Origin: Meyerozyma guilliermondii
Taxonomy: Eukaryota
Direction: 5' to 3'
Assembly (NCBI GenBank): GCA_051546255.1
Contig: CP128822.1
Coordinates: forward strand, 1-64,000
DNA: 64,000 bases
Below are positions 19,693 through 30,585 of this stretch, piece by piece. The notes beneath the pieces were generated by a model, which ran no database searches, was not told the DNA's origin, and was given only the letters and a program-made list of their open reading frames with translations. Positions within the stretch are counted from its first letter, which is position 1. The number at the start of each line of letters is the position of its first letter. The position numbers were made by a program, and so were the translations under genes.

Positions 19693-20086
19693 CCACAACA
19701 AACATGGTTTGCTCGTTGCTTACTATTTCTTTTACTTCTACTGGGGTCCTTACGTATGTATGACGTCGTTGTCCATGGCCAACACCTCGGGCCATACAAA
19801 AAAGACTATCGTCAATACGGTGAATTTTGTGTCTTATTGTGTGTCCAACATCATTGCTCCACAATTCTTTCTCGCCAAACAGGCACCTCATTACCTTACT
19901 GGTTATCATGCTATTTTAGGCTTTACCTCCGCAGCTTGTCTTTCAATTTTGGCTTATGGTGCTGGATGCTATATGGAAAATGCTAGGAGAGACAAGCTCT
20001 ACGGACCACCATCATTGGATTTTGAAGAGGATGCCAAAGATTTGACAGATAAGCAAAAGGCCAAGAATTTTCGATACGTTTGGTAG
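19693..20086 (+). pseudogene. 3' fragment of the DAL5-family permease, repeat unit 2
   Basis: Matches 16788-17181. Confidence 0.9.
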
Positions 20087-20543
20087 AAGCTTCTTAAGGA
20101 GTTGTAAGGGTTCTCTCAGCCCCACTTGTTCTATAATTACGAATTTGCAGCCGAGTCAACGGGCTTATACACCCGAACCTTGACGAGCTTGGCACGAGTA
20201 ATTTGGTAGGTGAACTATTCAAGAATGATGAACTAGAATTGATAAAGTATCACGAGTGATAAACTATATAGATAATTGATAATGTGGAGTCGTCTATACA
20301 CAACTACCCCAGTTTCTCGTCGTTTCTTGTCTTATTTTTCAACCACTCGAATCGCACTCATTACTCATCGCGAATATTCACTCATACTCATTTTCTCATT
20401 TCTCATCCATTCCGACTTTGCCCGAAATCATACCACACCAAATATTTTTCAAACACGCATGTGGCTGACTTCCAAACGGTTTCCACGGATATACCAGATG
20501 CATAAATACCCAGAATAATCGCACCACCTCCCTCACTTTCATA

Positions 20544-21725
20544 ATGACAAAGGCTGCAAATCAAGTGTACACCATTCAACAGCTTAGTCCAGAACAAGTT
20601 AACATTGTCAAGGCTTCAGTTCCAATATTGAAAGCTCTGGGTCAGGAACTCACCAAGAACTTTTATCAGAAAATGCTCTCCAGTTATCCTGAAGTAAAGC
20701 CGTTTTTCAATGAATCTGATCAAAAACTGTTACGTCAACCCAAAATTCTTGCATTTGCATTGTTGAAATATGCCGAAAATATTGAAAATTTGGAACCCTT
20801 GACTGGGTTTGTTCAGCAAATTGTCACGAAACATGTGGGACTCCAGGTCAAACCAGAACACTATCCAATTGTTGGAACTTGTCTTCTCAACACCATGGAA
20901 AATATGTTGGGAGAATTAGCGACACCTGAATTTCTTCAAGCATGGGCAACTGCCTATGGAAACTTGGCTCGGTTGTTGATCAACGCCGAGGATACTTGTT
21001 ACCAGAAACAACCTTGGAACGGGTTCAAGGAATTCACCATTGAAAAAATACAAAATGAAGCAAGCGATGTGAAATCAGTCTATTTTTCACCAACCGATAA
21101 AAGTGCAATTGCAACTCCTCAGAGAGGTCAGTATGTCTGTATTCGTTGGAAACTTCCAGGGCTGGAGTTTGAAAAGAGTAGAGAGTATTCTCTTTCTGAA
21201 TTTCCAACAGAAAACCATTATCGAATTTCCGTCCGCAAGCTTGAAGGTGGACAGATTTCCAGCCATATTCATGAACAACTTAAAGTCGGTGACAAAATCA
21301 GAGTAGCTTCACCAGGTGGTAGCTTTACTTATCATGAAAATGACCCAAGTGTGGAAATGTTGGTTTACGTTGGAGGCATTGGAATTACACCACTTGTCAG
21401 TATTATTGAGCAAGCTCTTTCCAAGGGTCGCAAAGTGAAAATGTACAATTCAAATAGGTCTGAGAGTCATCGTCCGTTTGGAGAATGGCTCTCTCAATTG
21501 GCTGCAAAATACCCAAATTTTACGGTTACTGATTTTTACTCAGATGCTGAAAATTCCAATCGTCTTCAAAGCAGTGACTTTGATTTCATCGTACCAAACC
21601 AAAAATACGATGTCTACCTTCTCGGACCAAGCGGCTACATGCATTTTGTCAATGACGAACTCGCAAAAAGAGGAAGTGTAAATTTCAACATCTACTCAGA
21701 AACCTTCGGGCCAACCGAAGTATGA
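20544..21725 (+). CDS. YHB1: Flavohemoglobin, copy 2
   Basis: Translation identical to copy 1. Confidence 0.95.
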   Translation: MTKAANQVYTIQQLSPEQVNIVKASVPILKALGQELTKNFYQKMLSSYPEVKPFFNESDQKLLRQPKILAFALLKYAENIENLEPLTGFVQQIVTKHVGLQVKPEHYPIVGTCLLNTMENMLGELATPEFLQAWATAYGNLARLLINAEDTCYQKQPWNGFKEFTIEKIQNEASDVKSVYFSPTDKSAIATPQRGQYVCIRWKLPGLEFEKSREYSLSEFPTENHYRISVRKLEGGQISSHIHEQLKVGDKIRVASPGGSFTYHENDPSVEMLVYVGGIGITPLVSIIEQALSKGRKVKMYNSNRSESHRPFGEWLSQLAAKYPNFTVTDFYSDAENSNRLQSSDFDFIVPNQKYDVYLLGPSGYMHFVNDELAKRGSVNFNIYSETFGPTEV

Positions 21726-21915
21726 TGTAAATAGACGAAAGAAAGATTTAGCAATGTCTAGACGAATCAAAATGTACATAGTATACCACAAACTAGTTAA
21801 AATATCAATCGAACAGAATCGATGCAAAACCAAGAAATGAATAAATGCTTTGGGATTTTAAGTCTTTTCCTGACATCTAGTTCCTTAACAGATATTAATA
21901 AATAGTGCCTTTCCC

Positions 21916-22597
21916 CTACTTTTGAAGAATTTGTTTCACAGAGTCCACAACGCTGGTATCAAAATCAATGTATTTTGACCCAAAAATACGTTGGGTTTCA
22001 GAAAAATCCAACTTGCACAAGACGGATTTTTCCTGTGCAGATTTCTGAGCGTCTGGTTGAGGAATCGCAGCTTCTGGGAAATGTTCGTGGACAACTCTGG
22101 CAATATCGTGGTTGCTGAATCTTCCTTCAGCGAGAGCCAATCGTTTGCCTTTAGCGGTCTCGTTTTCGAAAGCAATCAAGTGTGCCTTGGCCACATCACG
22201 AACGTCAATGAAAGCGCCAGTCATCGTTGGAATTTCTTCATTTTGTTTCAACTTTAAAACCTTATTGATGATCTCAGACGATGTGTTGAGCGTATCTTTG
22301 ACATCAGAATCAAAAGCTTGAGGACCGAATACATAAGCTGGGTTCACCGTGGTCAAGGTGAAGTTGGGATGTTCATTCTCCACGAAATCCCAAGCAGCTT
22401 TTTCAGCAAGTTTTTTGGAAATGAGGTAGCCTGCAATTGGGTTTTGAAGAGCATCTTTGGCAGTGCCTGGGTTCCACGAGGCTTCAGTGTTTGTAACTTC
22501 AGGATTTCTCTCGGTATTGAGATCCATAATAGCAGCATACGACGAAGTCACCACAACTTTTTTAATTTGCGAACCATGAATCTTGATTGCACGAAGA
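21916..22597 (-). pseudogene. 5'-truncated GRE2-like fragment, repeat unit 2
   Basis: Matches 19011-19692. Confidence 0.9.
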
Positions 22598-22991
22598 CCA
22601 CAACAAACATGGTTTGCTCGTTGCTTACTATTTCTTTTACTTCTACTGGGGTCCTTACGTATGTATGACGTCGTTGTCCATGGCCAACACCTCGGGCCAT
22701 ACAAAAAAGACTATCGTCAATACGGTGAATTTTGTGTCTTATTGTGTGTCCAACATCATTGCTCCACAATTCTTTCTCGCCAAACAGGCACCTCATTACC
22801 TTACTGGTTATCATGCTATTTTAGGCTTTACCTCCGCAGCTTGTCTTTCAATTTTGGCTTATGGTGCTGGATGCTATATGGAAAATGCTAGGAGAGACAA
22901 GCTCTACGGACCACCATCATTGGATTTTGAAGAGGATGCCAAAGATTTGACAGATAAGCAAAAGGCCAAGAATTTTCGATACGTTTGGTAG
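22598..22991 (+). pseudogene. 3' fragment of the DAL5-family permease, repeat unit 3
   Basis: Matches 16788-17181. Confidence 0.9.
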
Positions 22992-23448
22992 AAGCTTCTT
23001 AAGGAGTTGTAAGGGTTCTCTCAGCCCCACTTGTTCTATAATTACGAATTTGCAGCCGAGTCAACGGGCTTATACACCCGAACCTTGACGAGCTTGGCAC
23101 GAGTAATTTGGTAGGTGAACTATTCAAGAATGATGAACTAGAATTGATAAAGTATCACGAGTGATAAACTATATAGATAATTGATAATGTGGAGTCGTCT
23201 ATACACAACTACCCCAGTTTCTCGTCGTTTCTTGTCTTATTTTTCAACCACTCGAATCGCACTCATTACTCATCGCGAATATTCACTCATACTCATTTTC
23301 TCATTTCTCATCCATTCCGACTTTGCCCGAAATCATACCACACCAAATATTTTTCAAACACGCATGTGGCTGACTTCCAAACGGTTTCCACGGATATACC
23401 AGATGCATAAATACCCAGAATAATCGCACCACCTCCCTCACTTTCATA

Positions 23449-24630
23449 ATGACAAAGGCTGCAAATCAAGTGTACACCATTCAACAGCTTAGTCCAGAAC
23501 AAGTTAACATTGTCAAGGCTTCAGTTCCAATATTGAAAGCTCTGGGTCAGGAACTCACCAAGAACTTTTATCAGAAAATGCTCTCCAGTTATCCTGAAGT
23601 AAAGCCGTTTTTCAATGAATCTGATCAAAAACTGTTACGTCAACCCAAAATTCTTGCATTTGCATTGTTGAAATATGCCGAAAATATTGAAAATTTGGAA
23701 CCCTTGACTGGGTTTGTTCAGCAAATTGTCACGAAACATGTGGGACTCCAGGTCAAACCAGAACACTATCCAATTGTTGGAACTTGTCTTCTCAACACCA
23801 TGGAAAATATGTTGGGAGAATTAGCGACACCTGAATTTCTTCAAGCATGGGCAACTGCCTATGGAAACTTGGCTCGGTTGTTGATCAACGCCGAGGATAC
23901 TTGTTACCAGAAACAACCTTGGAACGGGTTCAAGGAATTCACCATTGAAAAAATACAAAATGAAGCAAGCGATGTGAAATCAGTCTATTTTTCACCAACC
24001 GATAAAAGTGCAATTGCAACTCCTCAGAGAGGTCAGTATGTCTGTATTCGTTGGAAACTTCCAGGGCTGGAGTTTGAAAAGAGTAGAGAGTATTCTCTTT
24101 CTGAATTTCCAACAGAAAACCATTATCGAATTTCCGTCCGCAAGCTTGAAGGTGGACAGATTTCCAGCCATATTCATGAACAACTTAAAGTCGGTGACAA
24201 AATCAGAGTAGCTTCACCAGGTGGTAGCTTTACTTATCATGAAAATGACCCAAGTGTGGAAATGTTGGTTTACGTTGGAGGCATTGGAATTACACCACTT
24301 GTCAGTATTATTGAGCAAGCTCTTTCCAAGGGTCGCAAAGTGAAAATGTACAATTCAAATAGGTCTGAGAGTCATCGTCCGTTTGGAGAATGGCTCTCTC
24401 AATTGGCTGCAAAATACCCAAATTTTACGGTTACTGATTTTTACTCAGATGCTGAAAATTCCAATCGTCTTCAAAGCAGTGACTTTGATTTCATCGTACC
24501 AAACCAAAAATACGATGTCTACCTTCTCGGACCAAGCGGCTACATGCATTTTGTCAATGACGAACTCGCAAAAAGAGGAAGTGTAAATTTCAACATCTAC
24601 TCAGAAACCTTCGGGCCAACCGAAGTATGA
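23449..24630 (+). CDS. YHB1: Flavohemoglobin, copy 3
   Basis: Translation identical to copy 1. Confidence 0.95.
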   Translation: MTKAANQVYTIQQLSPEQVNIVKASVPILKALGQELTKNFYQKMLSSYPEVKPFFNESDQKLLRQPKILAFALLKYAENIENLEPLTGFVQQIVTKHVGLQVKPEHYPIVGTCLLNTMENMLGELATPEFLQAWATAYGNLARLLINAEDTCYQKQPWNGFKEFTIEKIQNEASDVKSVYFSPTDKSAIATPQRGQYVCIRWKLPGLEFEKSREYSLSEFPTENHYRISVRKLEGGQISSHIHEQLKVGDKIRVASPGGSFTYHENDPSVEMLVYVGGIGITPLVSIIEQALSKGRKVKMYNSNRSESHRPFGEWLSQLAAKYPNFTVTDFYSDAENSNRLQSSDFDFIVPNQKYDVYLLGPSGYMHFVNDELAKRGSVNFNIYSETFGPTEV

Positions 24631-24820
24631 TGTAAATAGACGAAAGAAAGATTTAGCAATGTCTAGACGAATCAAAATGTACATAGTATACCACAAACTA
24701 GTTAAAATATCAATCGAACAGAATCGATGCAAAACCAAGAAATGAATAAATGCTTTGGGATTTTAAGTCTTTTCCTGACATCTAGTTCCTTAACAGATAT
24801 TAATAAATAGTGCCTTTCCC

Positions 24821-25816
24821 CTACTTTTGAAGAATTTGTTTCACAGAGTCCACAACGCTGGTATCAAAATCAATGTATTTTGACCCAAAAATACGTTGGG
24901 TTTCAGAAAAATCCAACTTGCACAAGACGGATTTTTCCTGTGCAGATTTCTGAGCGTCTGGTTGAGGAATCGCAGCTTCTGGGAAATGTTCGTGGACAAC
25001 TCTGGCAATATCGTGGTTGCTGAATCTTCCTTCAGCGAGAGCCAATCGTTTGCCTTTAGCGGTCTCGTTTTCGAAAGCAATCAAGTGTGCCTTGGCCACA
25101 TCACGAACGTCAATGAAAGCGCCAGTCATCGTTGGAATTTCTTCATTTTGTTTCAACTTTAAAACCTTATTGATGATCTCAGACGATGTGTTGAGCGTAT
25201 CTTTGACATCAGAATCAAAAGCTTGAGGACCGAATACATAAGCTGGGTTCACCGTGGTCAAGGTGAAGTTGGGATGTTCATTCTCCACGAAATCCCAAGC
25301 AGCTTTTTCAGCAAGTTTTTTGGAAATGAGGTAGCCTGCAATTGGGTTTTGAAGAGCATCTTTGGCAGTGCCTGGGTTCCACGAGGCTTCAGTGTTTGTA
25401 ACTTCAGGATTTCTCTCGGTATTGAGATCCATAATAGCAGCATACGACGAAGTCACCACAACTTTTTTAATTTGCGAACCATGAATCTTGATTGCACGAA
25501 GAGCATTCTCAGTTCCTTGAGTAGCAGGATCTAACAATTCCTTCTGAATGTCAGTGACATCAAAACGGAATGGAGAAGCAGTGTGAAGAAACACAGTCAC
25601 TTCTGGATGGTTTTCCAACGCTTGGTCAAAGGCACCTTCTGCTGCTACATCAGCAACAACTTCGTATTGAAACGACGATCCAAACTTCTCAGTAAGAGAT
25701 TCACCTTTTTCCTTTGATCTCACAGAACCAACAACTTTGTAGTTCTTGGCGATTAACTGCTTGATCACATGTTGGGCAATGAAGCCGGTTGCTCCAGAAA
25801 CAAAAACTGTAGACAT
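24821..25816 (-). CDS. GRE2: NADPH-dependent methylglyoxal/aldehyde reductase, GRE2/GRP2 family (intact paralog)
   Basis: VFVSGATGFIAQH, HTASPF, TSSYAA, YLISKK, IDVRDVA; TTACTAA Yap1-type site at 25867-25873. Confidence 0.92.
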   Translation of the reverse strand: MSTVFVSGATGFIAQHVIKQLIAKNYKVVGSVRSKEKGESLTEKFGSSFQYEVVADVAAEGAFDQALENHPEVTVFLHTASPFRFDVTDIQKELLDPATQGTENALRAIKIHGSQIKKVVVTSSYAAIMDLNTERNPEVTNTEASWNPGTAKDALQNPIAGYLISKKLAEKAAWDFVENEHPNFTLTTVNPAYVFGPQAFDSDVKDTLNTSSEIINKVLKLKQNEEIPTMTGAFIDVRDVAKAHLIAFENETAKGKRLALAEGRFSNHDIARVVHEHFPEAAIPQPDAQKSAQEKSVLCKLDFSETQRIFGSKYIDFDTSVVDSVKQILQK

Positions 25817-26531
25817 TGTTGGGTAATATTTTTTGCGATCATTTTATAGTCGCAGACCCTGTCTCATTACTAATTCGGCACCAACGGTCCAACATCGGTT
25901 AGCTCGATGCCTGCACAAGAGACATGAAATGCCGCAGCCCGTTTCACGTCAAATTTACGACAAATTTCACCAGCGGTAAATGCGCATCCGAATATTCGTT
26001 GAATCAAGCTGAAATGATTGATTTTCATTGCCTTCAGTTGGTACCGTAACCTGGTGCATCTTTTTATTATCAAGATGGCCCGGCAAATTACCCCTTGTAT
26101 TTTTGCCCGTCGTGCATGCTCTCAATAATATTCTGAACCTTATTATTAAGAACCAGAAAATACTTGCGCTCAGTAATGAGGGGAATGCAAGTGATATCGA
26201 TAAATCATTCAAAGAATTGGGGACCAAAACTTGTGGAAAAGTTGAACAATGCAACCTTTTCAGAACGGCAGTACTCCTCACCGGATCTAGCCAAGATTTA
26301 AGCCGATTTCAGCTGATACCTGGTAACAATCTCGGTTACTCAGGTAGTACTTCAAGGTGATGAGTAACCAATAATATCTCTGTACTCAGCTCTAATTTCT
26401 CGCTCACTAATGTCAACCACTAAGTCAACAATTGAGTTTATATGCTTCGACTTGGATTCATGAGTATTTTGTTGTAATCAGTCGTTTCTCTCTTGTTCTT
26501 GTCTGCACTCCCGCGATTTGTGTATGTGAAA

Positions 26532-28619
26532 ATGGCTGCGAAAAACTACTTCATCCTCATGAAACTGATCCTAATTTTTTCCCTACTTGTTTCTGCAGTC
26601 AAGGATATCTATGACTGCCATGAAACCGCGGTGACTCCCTTGGATGATACTGAACTTATTCGGCGATCCATCGAGCAATTACAATTAACCTGTAAGGCCG
26701 CCGATGCTTGTACCGCTTGCAAATCAAGGCTTTCTATTGGCAAGGTTCTTTCACTGACCCGGCCCGATATTGTTCCCTATGTGTTCAAGCGGTGGTGTAC
26801 CGAAGCTATGCATGATGCTGGGCAATGTGAGATGAATTTCAGTCCCTTTTCTGCCGACAAATCTACCCTTGGTTCAGACTTCATTTTGATGCTTCAATCA
26901 ATGAGTCCTGAAGGATTGGATGGAGATTATTTTTGTTATTACCATGAATCCAAATGCCTCGAAAGGCCAGAAACCCCGGAAATCAATCTTGATACCATGT
27001 GGCCACCAAAACCAAAATCTTATTCTGCTCCGGTACAAAGTGGTGAGTCGTTTAATGTGCTCCATCTTGGTCATATTAATCTTCAACCAGATTATGCTGT
27101 GGCTTCTGAAGCAAATTGCTCACAAAGTTTGTGCTGTTCTCCTTGTTCTGCCAATTTCAATTGTCCTCCAGAAGGTTATAGTATGCATGTTAGCGACACT
27201 AAAACCGGCGTAGCTTCATTTTTCAACAGCAGCTATTCACGGGGAAAGTTCGAAAAGGGAAACTACGTGGATATCTTCAACAAAGATGCATGGTGTCCCG
27301 CTCATGAATTTGGCACGTATTTGTGTGATGTGCCACCAGTTTTGTTGAACAACACTCTCCGCAATATTCGAGCCTTTCACGAAAATCTGCTCGATTTCGA
27401 ATTTGCAATTGTCACTGGTTCGGCAATTGACCATAGAGACCGCCAGTTTCTCACCAAAAATGACCACATGAGCACGCAAGATTTAGCTTATAGTGCAATC
27501 CAGTGTCATTTGCATTCCATTCCTATATTTCCCTCGTTTGGCGACACCTATCCAAAGCACCAATTTGCACCCAAAAGTCATCCTCTGTTTTCAAGCCAGC
27601 AATAACAGTTTGATTTCCAAGCAGACTTGATGACCAGGTTGGGGTGGATCGACTCCAATGAAGTCAACCAAATCCGTTACAGCCACTTTGGCTACGCCGT
27701 TGTAACCGATCGAGGCTTGAAGGTAATTTCGTTGAATTCCAAGGTGTGGAGCACAAAGAATTTGTACAATTTCATCAGCACAGAAAGCCCGGACAGGTTT
27801 GGAGTTTGGAGCTTTTTAGTGGAAGAGCTCTTGGATAGTGAGCAGAATAACCAAAGAGTTTGGATCATTGGTGAGCATCCACCAAGTGTGGACTCTATGC
27901 CCATTGCGTCTCAGGTATTTCTTACCATTGTTAGAAGATTTTCTCCCAAGGTTATTGCTGCGATTCTCTTTGGACATGAGGACGAATTTTACCAGGTTAT
28001 CTACGACACCGATTGCAAAGAAACTTCCGAAGGAGCTGTTGCGTTTGCATTAATGGCTCCGCCAATCAGTCCGTTCCAAGGCTCGAATCCAGGTTGGCGG
28101 TACTATGCCGTTGACGAAGATACCTTTGATATTGTCAACTCGTTCACATTTTACACCCCTTTGAACGAATCTTATGTGAATTCTGGAGCGGAACCAGCAT
28201 GGAAATTTGGTTATTCAGCAAGAGAATTGCTTGATCCTTGCGAAACCTGGGCTCCGGAAGAACCATTATGGCCCAGTTTTTGGCATTCTGTGAGTATGGC
28301 ACTTCTTAATGATTCGTCTATAGCCTCCACTCTTGAAGGTGTGCGTCGAAGATGGTCTCCATACACTGATTGTCAATTAATTGATGATTACCGTGATAAC
28401 CTCCATTGCTTAACTACCAGCTTTACCCTGGATCAGAAGCACGATTGCATGGGTTCGGGTGAACAAAACGACTTCTTTGAGCCTCAGTGTCTGGCTGAAA
28501 CTCCTCGCAAGTTACCACCCTATTTACCTCCCCAATACTATGAGGAGTATGTGGAAAGTCTGAAGGCTCGTGCGGTGACGAAACATGGGAAGAAATTTGT
28601 TGACTCGGTGACCAATTAG
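26532..28619 (+). pseudogene. Acid sphingomyelinase-like gene interrupted by an in-frame TAA (27603-27605)
   Basis: Signal peptide, Cys-rich saposin-like region (CTACK), EANC..LCC, FG.Y.CD.P, GLKVISLN, QRVWIIG, NPGWRYY. The two ORFs are in the same frame, separated by one stop codon. Confidence 0.8.
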
Positions 28620-30240
28620 CTAGGAAATGTAACGACTACTATGATCAATGTAGATTGAGTAGACTTAGTTAGCTTGTTTTGTGGGTGATAATATCTTGAA
28701 GGGTAATCATGAATAGAGTACTCTGTCTGAAAATCGGCAAGTAGCAATGTGCCAAACAGAATTCAGCTGATTTCAAAATATCAAAAAGTGCCATTGAAGA
28801 TGAGGCAGTTTATTACGAAGTATCTTGTTAGTTTTATATCATCTAAGACGTTTGGAGATTAACGAAATCTCATTAATGCGTCTATACGATATCATGGAAG
28901 CGTGGCTTTTGTCATATGAAAATATTATAAGATTCTATTTTCAGCATAATTGTCGCACTGATAAGACTATATGCAGACCTTGAGATCTCAGAACAGACAA
29001 TTTTCAGTGCTAGTTATTGAGTTCTAGTATTCAGACTGTTTATAGAGCAAACAAACTCAATCAACAGTGGATCATTGAGAATCATGGTTTCGGAAAATAC
29101 CATAAAACCAATTAATTTATCAAAACTTATTACATCTATTACACAAATGTCGACGACACATTTCTGTCACGTGCCGGAAAGTTTAGCATCTGATAACTAA
29201 GTTGAGGTTGAAGATTACCCTTTATGGAAATAAATCTGTACAGGTGATTTCGTTGGGAATGGATCAAAGTAGCAGAAACGCAATTCAAACAGAGTTTTGA
29301 ACAGGGATAATTTCAAACATGGATATTTTCAAGTAGTCAAGAGTCTATTTTGACATTTTTCATCAATTCGCAAAATTGCAGAATTCCAAGATATGATACA
29401 ATTGAGATTTCAACCGATTTGAATTTCTTAATTGAATACGTGAACCTTCTTCGAAAGCCATTTCTCTTGGTATTAACGACGTAAACAACAATAAACTTAA
29501 ACTATTCAAGACTCAAGTCGTTTGCTAGTAGAAACAAAACCAAGTAGAATTGAAACAATTACGTCACTTGTTCATAGACTATTTCAACATTTGGTGAGAT
29601 TGTTCAAATTCAAGAAAAGCAAGTTCCACGTTTACTCTTATCGAAGCTTGTCAGCGTTTTTTACTCTACTTTTGGGCAGTTTCATCATTTTCAAAAAGTT
29701 GAAAATTCATAAATATCTCTCACATACTTAGCCAACCATTCTTAGCGCACTCCAAAAATACCAAAGAACGTTTTTTGCTTCTGGAAATTCCCAAATTAAC
29801 GTTAGAAGCTCTTGACCAATGCTAGAAGGTTAAAACACAGTGCGGCGATTTTGCGAGTATTTTTCATGAGGTTGTTCCTTGCATGGAACATGCTTCCCGA
29901 ACAGGGAATACGCACCCCAGACTATGAAGCTTGAGAGGTTTCCTGTTCAAGAAAGCGAGTAGAGCCTTACCCAACTAGGAAATATGGTCGATATGCACGA
30001 AAATGGAACCTGTCCTAATTAGGAAGGTCCTACTGAACACTACAAGAACACTTCAATTTTCTACAAATGAAGAACTGGGTATGATTTATTAGTAGATAAT
30101 GTACACGGCAATAATTGCCAACAACCAGAAAAGCACAGACCGTAATAAATATGAATAATCGTCAATACGATTCTTCAGTAGGACAACTCCTACTGGACGA
30201 AATGGTTGCAAAAGTAAACTGATGCGGAAAACGAGCTTAA

Positions 30241-30566
30241 GGCACGAAATGCGAAGAGCCAAGGTGAACCAGGGCGGAAGTAAGCCAAAAAAAGGCACGA
30301 AACTGAAGCCAAAAAGGCACGAAATTGAAGCCAAAAAGGCAGGAAATTGAAGCCAAAAAGGCACGAATGAAGCCAGAGGGCACGAAAGTAAGCCAAAGGG
30401 CACGAAGCCGGAGCACGAATGAAGCCGAAGCACGAATTGTTAAAGCCAAAAGGCACGAAATTGAAGCCGAAAGGCACGAATTGGTTGCAAACCACGAATA
30501 AAGCAAGCCGAAAGGCACGAAATAACCACAAAAAAGCACAAAAAGCACGAAAAAAAACACGAAACT
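30241..30566. repeat. Degenerate ~20-bp tandem array, consensus GGCACGAAATTGAAGCCAAAA
   Basis: About 14 CACGAA cores, about 8 of them CACGAAA, immediately 3' of the gene at 30586-31561. Confidence 0.85.
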
Positions 30567-30585
30567 GGAGCACCAAAAAAGTCAA

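Larger units (their letters stand above)
16788..25502. repeat. Tandem triplication of a 2,905-bp unit (16788-19692, 19693-22597, 22598-25502)
   Basis: ORF track repeats with an exact 2,905-bp period and identical translations. The junction ...ATTGCACGAAGA|CCACAACAAACAT occurs twice. Confidence 0.97.

Noticed and set aside
28620..30200. Gene-free AT-rich stretch as a centromere, origin or LTR
   Set aside because: No terminal repeats, target-site duplication or diagnostic motif visible.
30241..30566. CRISPR-like appearance of the repeat array
   Set aside because: Eukaryotic context, degenerate units without unique spacers, and no cas genes.
30190..30585. 131-codon Phe-rich frame continuing in frame after the stop at 30586-30588 (possible readthrough)
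   Set aside because: The repeat array explains the lack of stops, other frames are also open, and TAA-T is a poor readthrough context.
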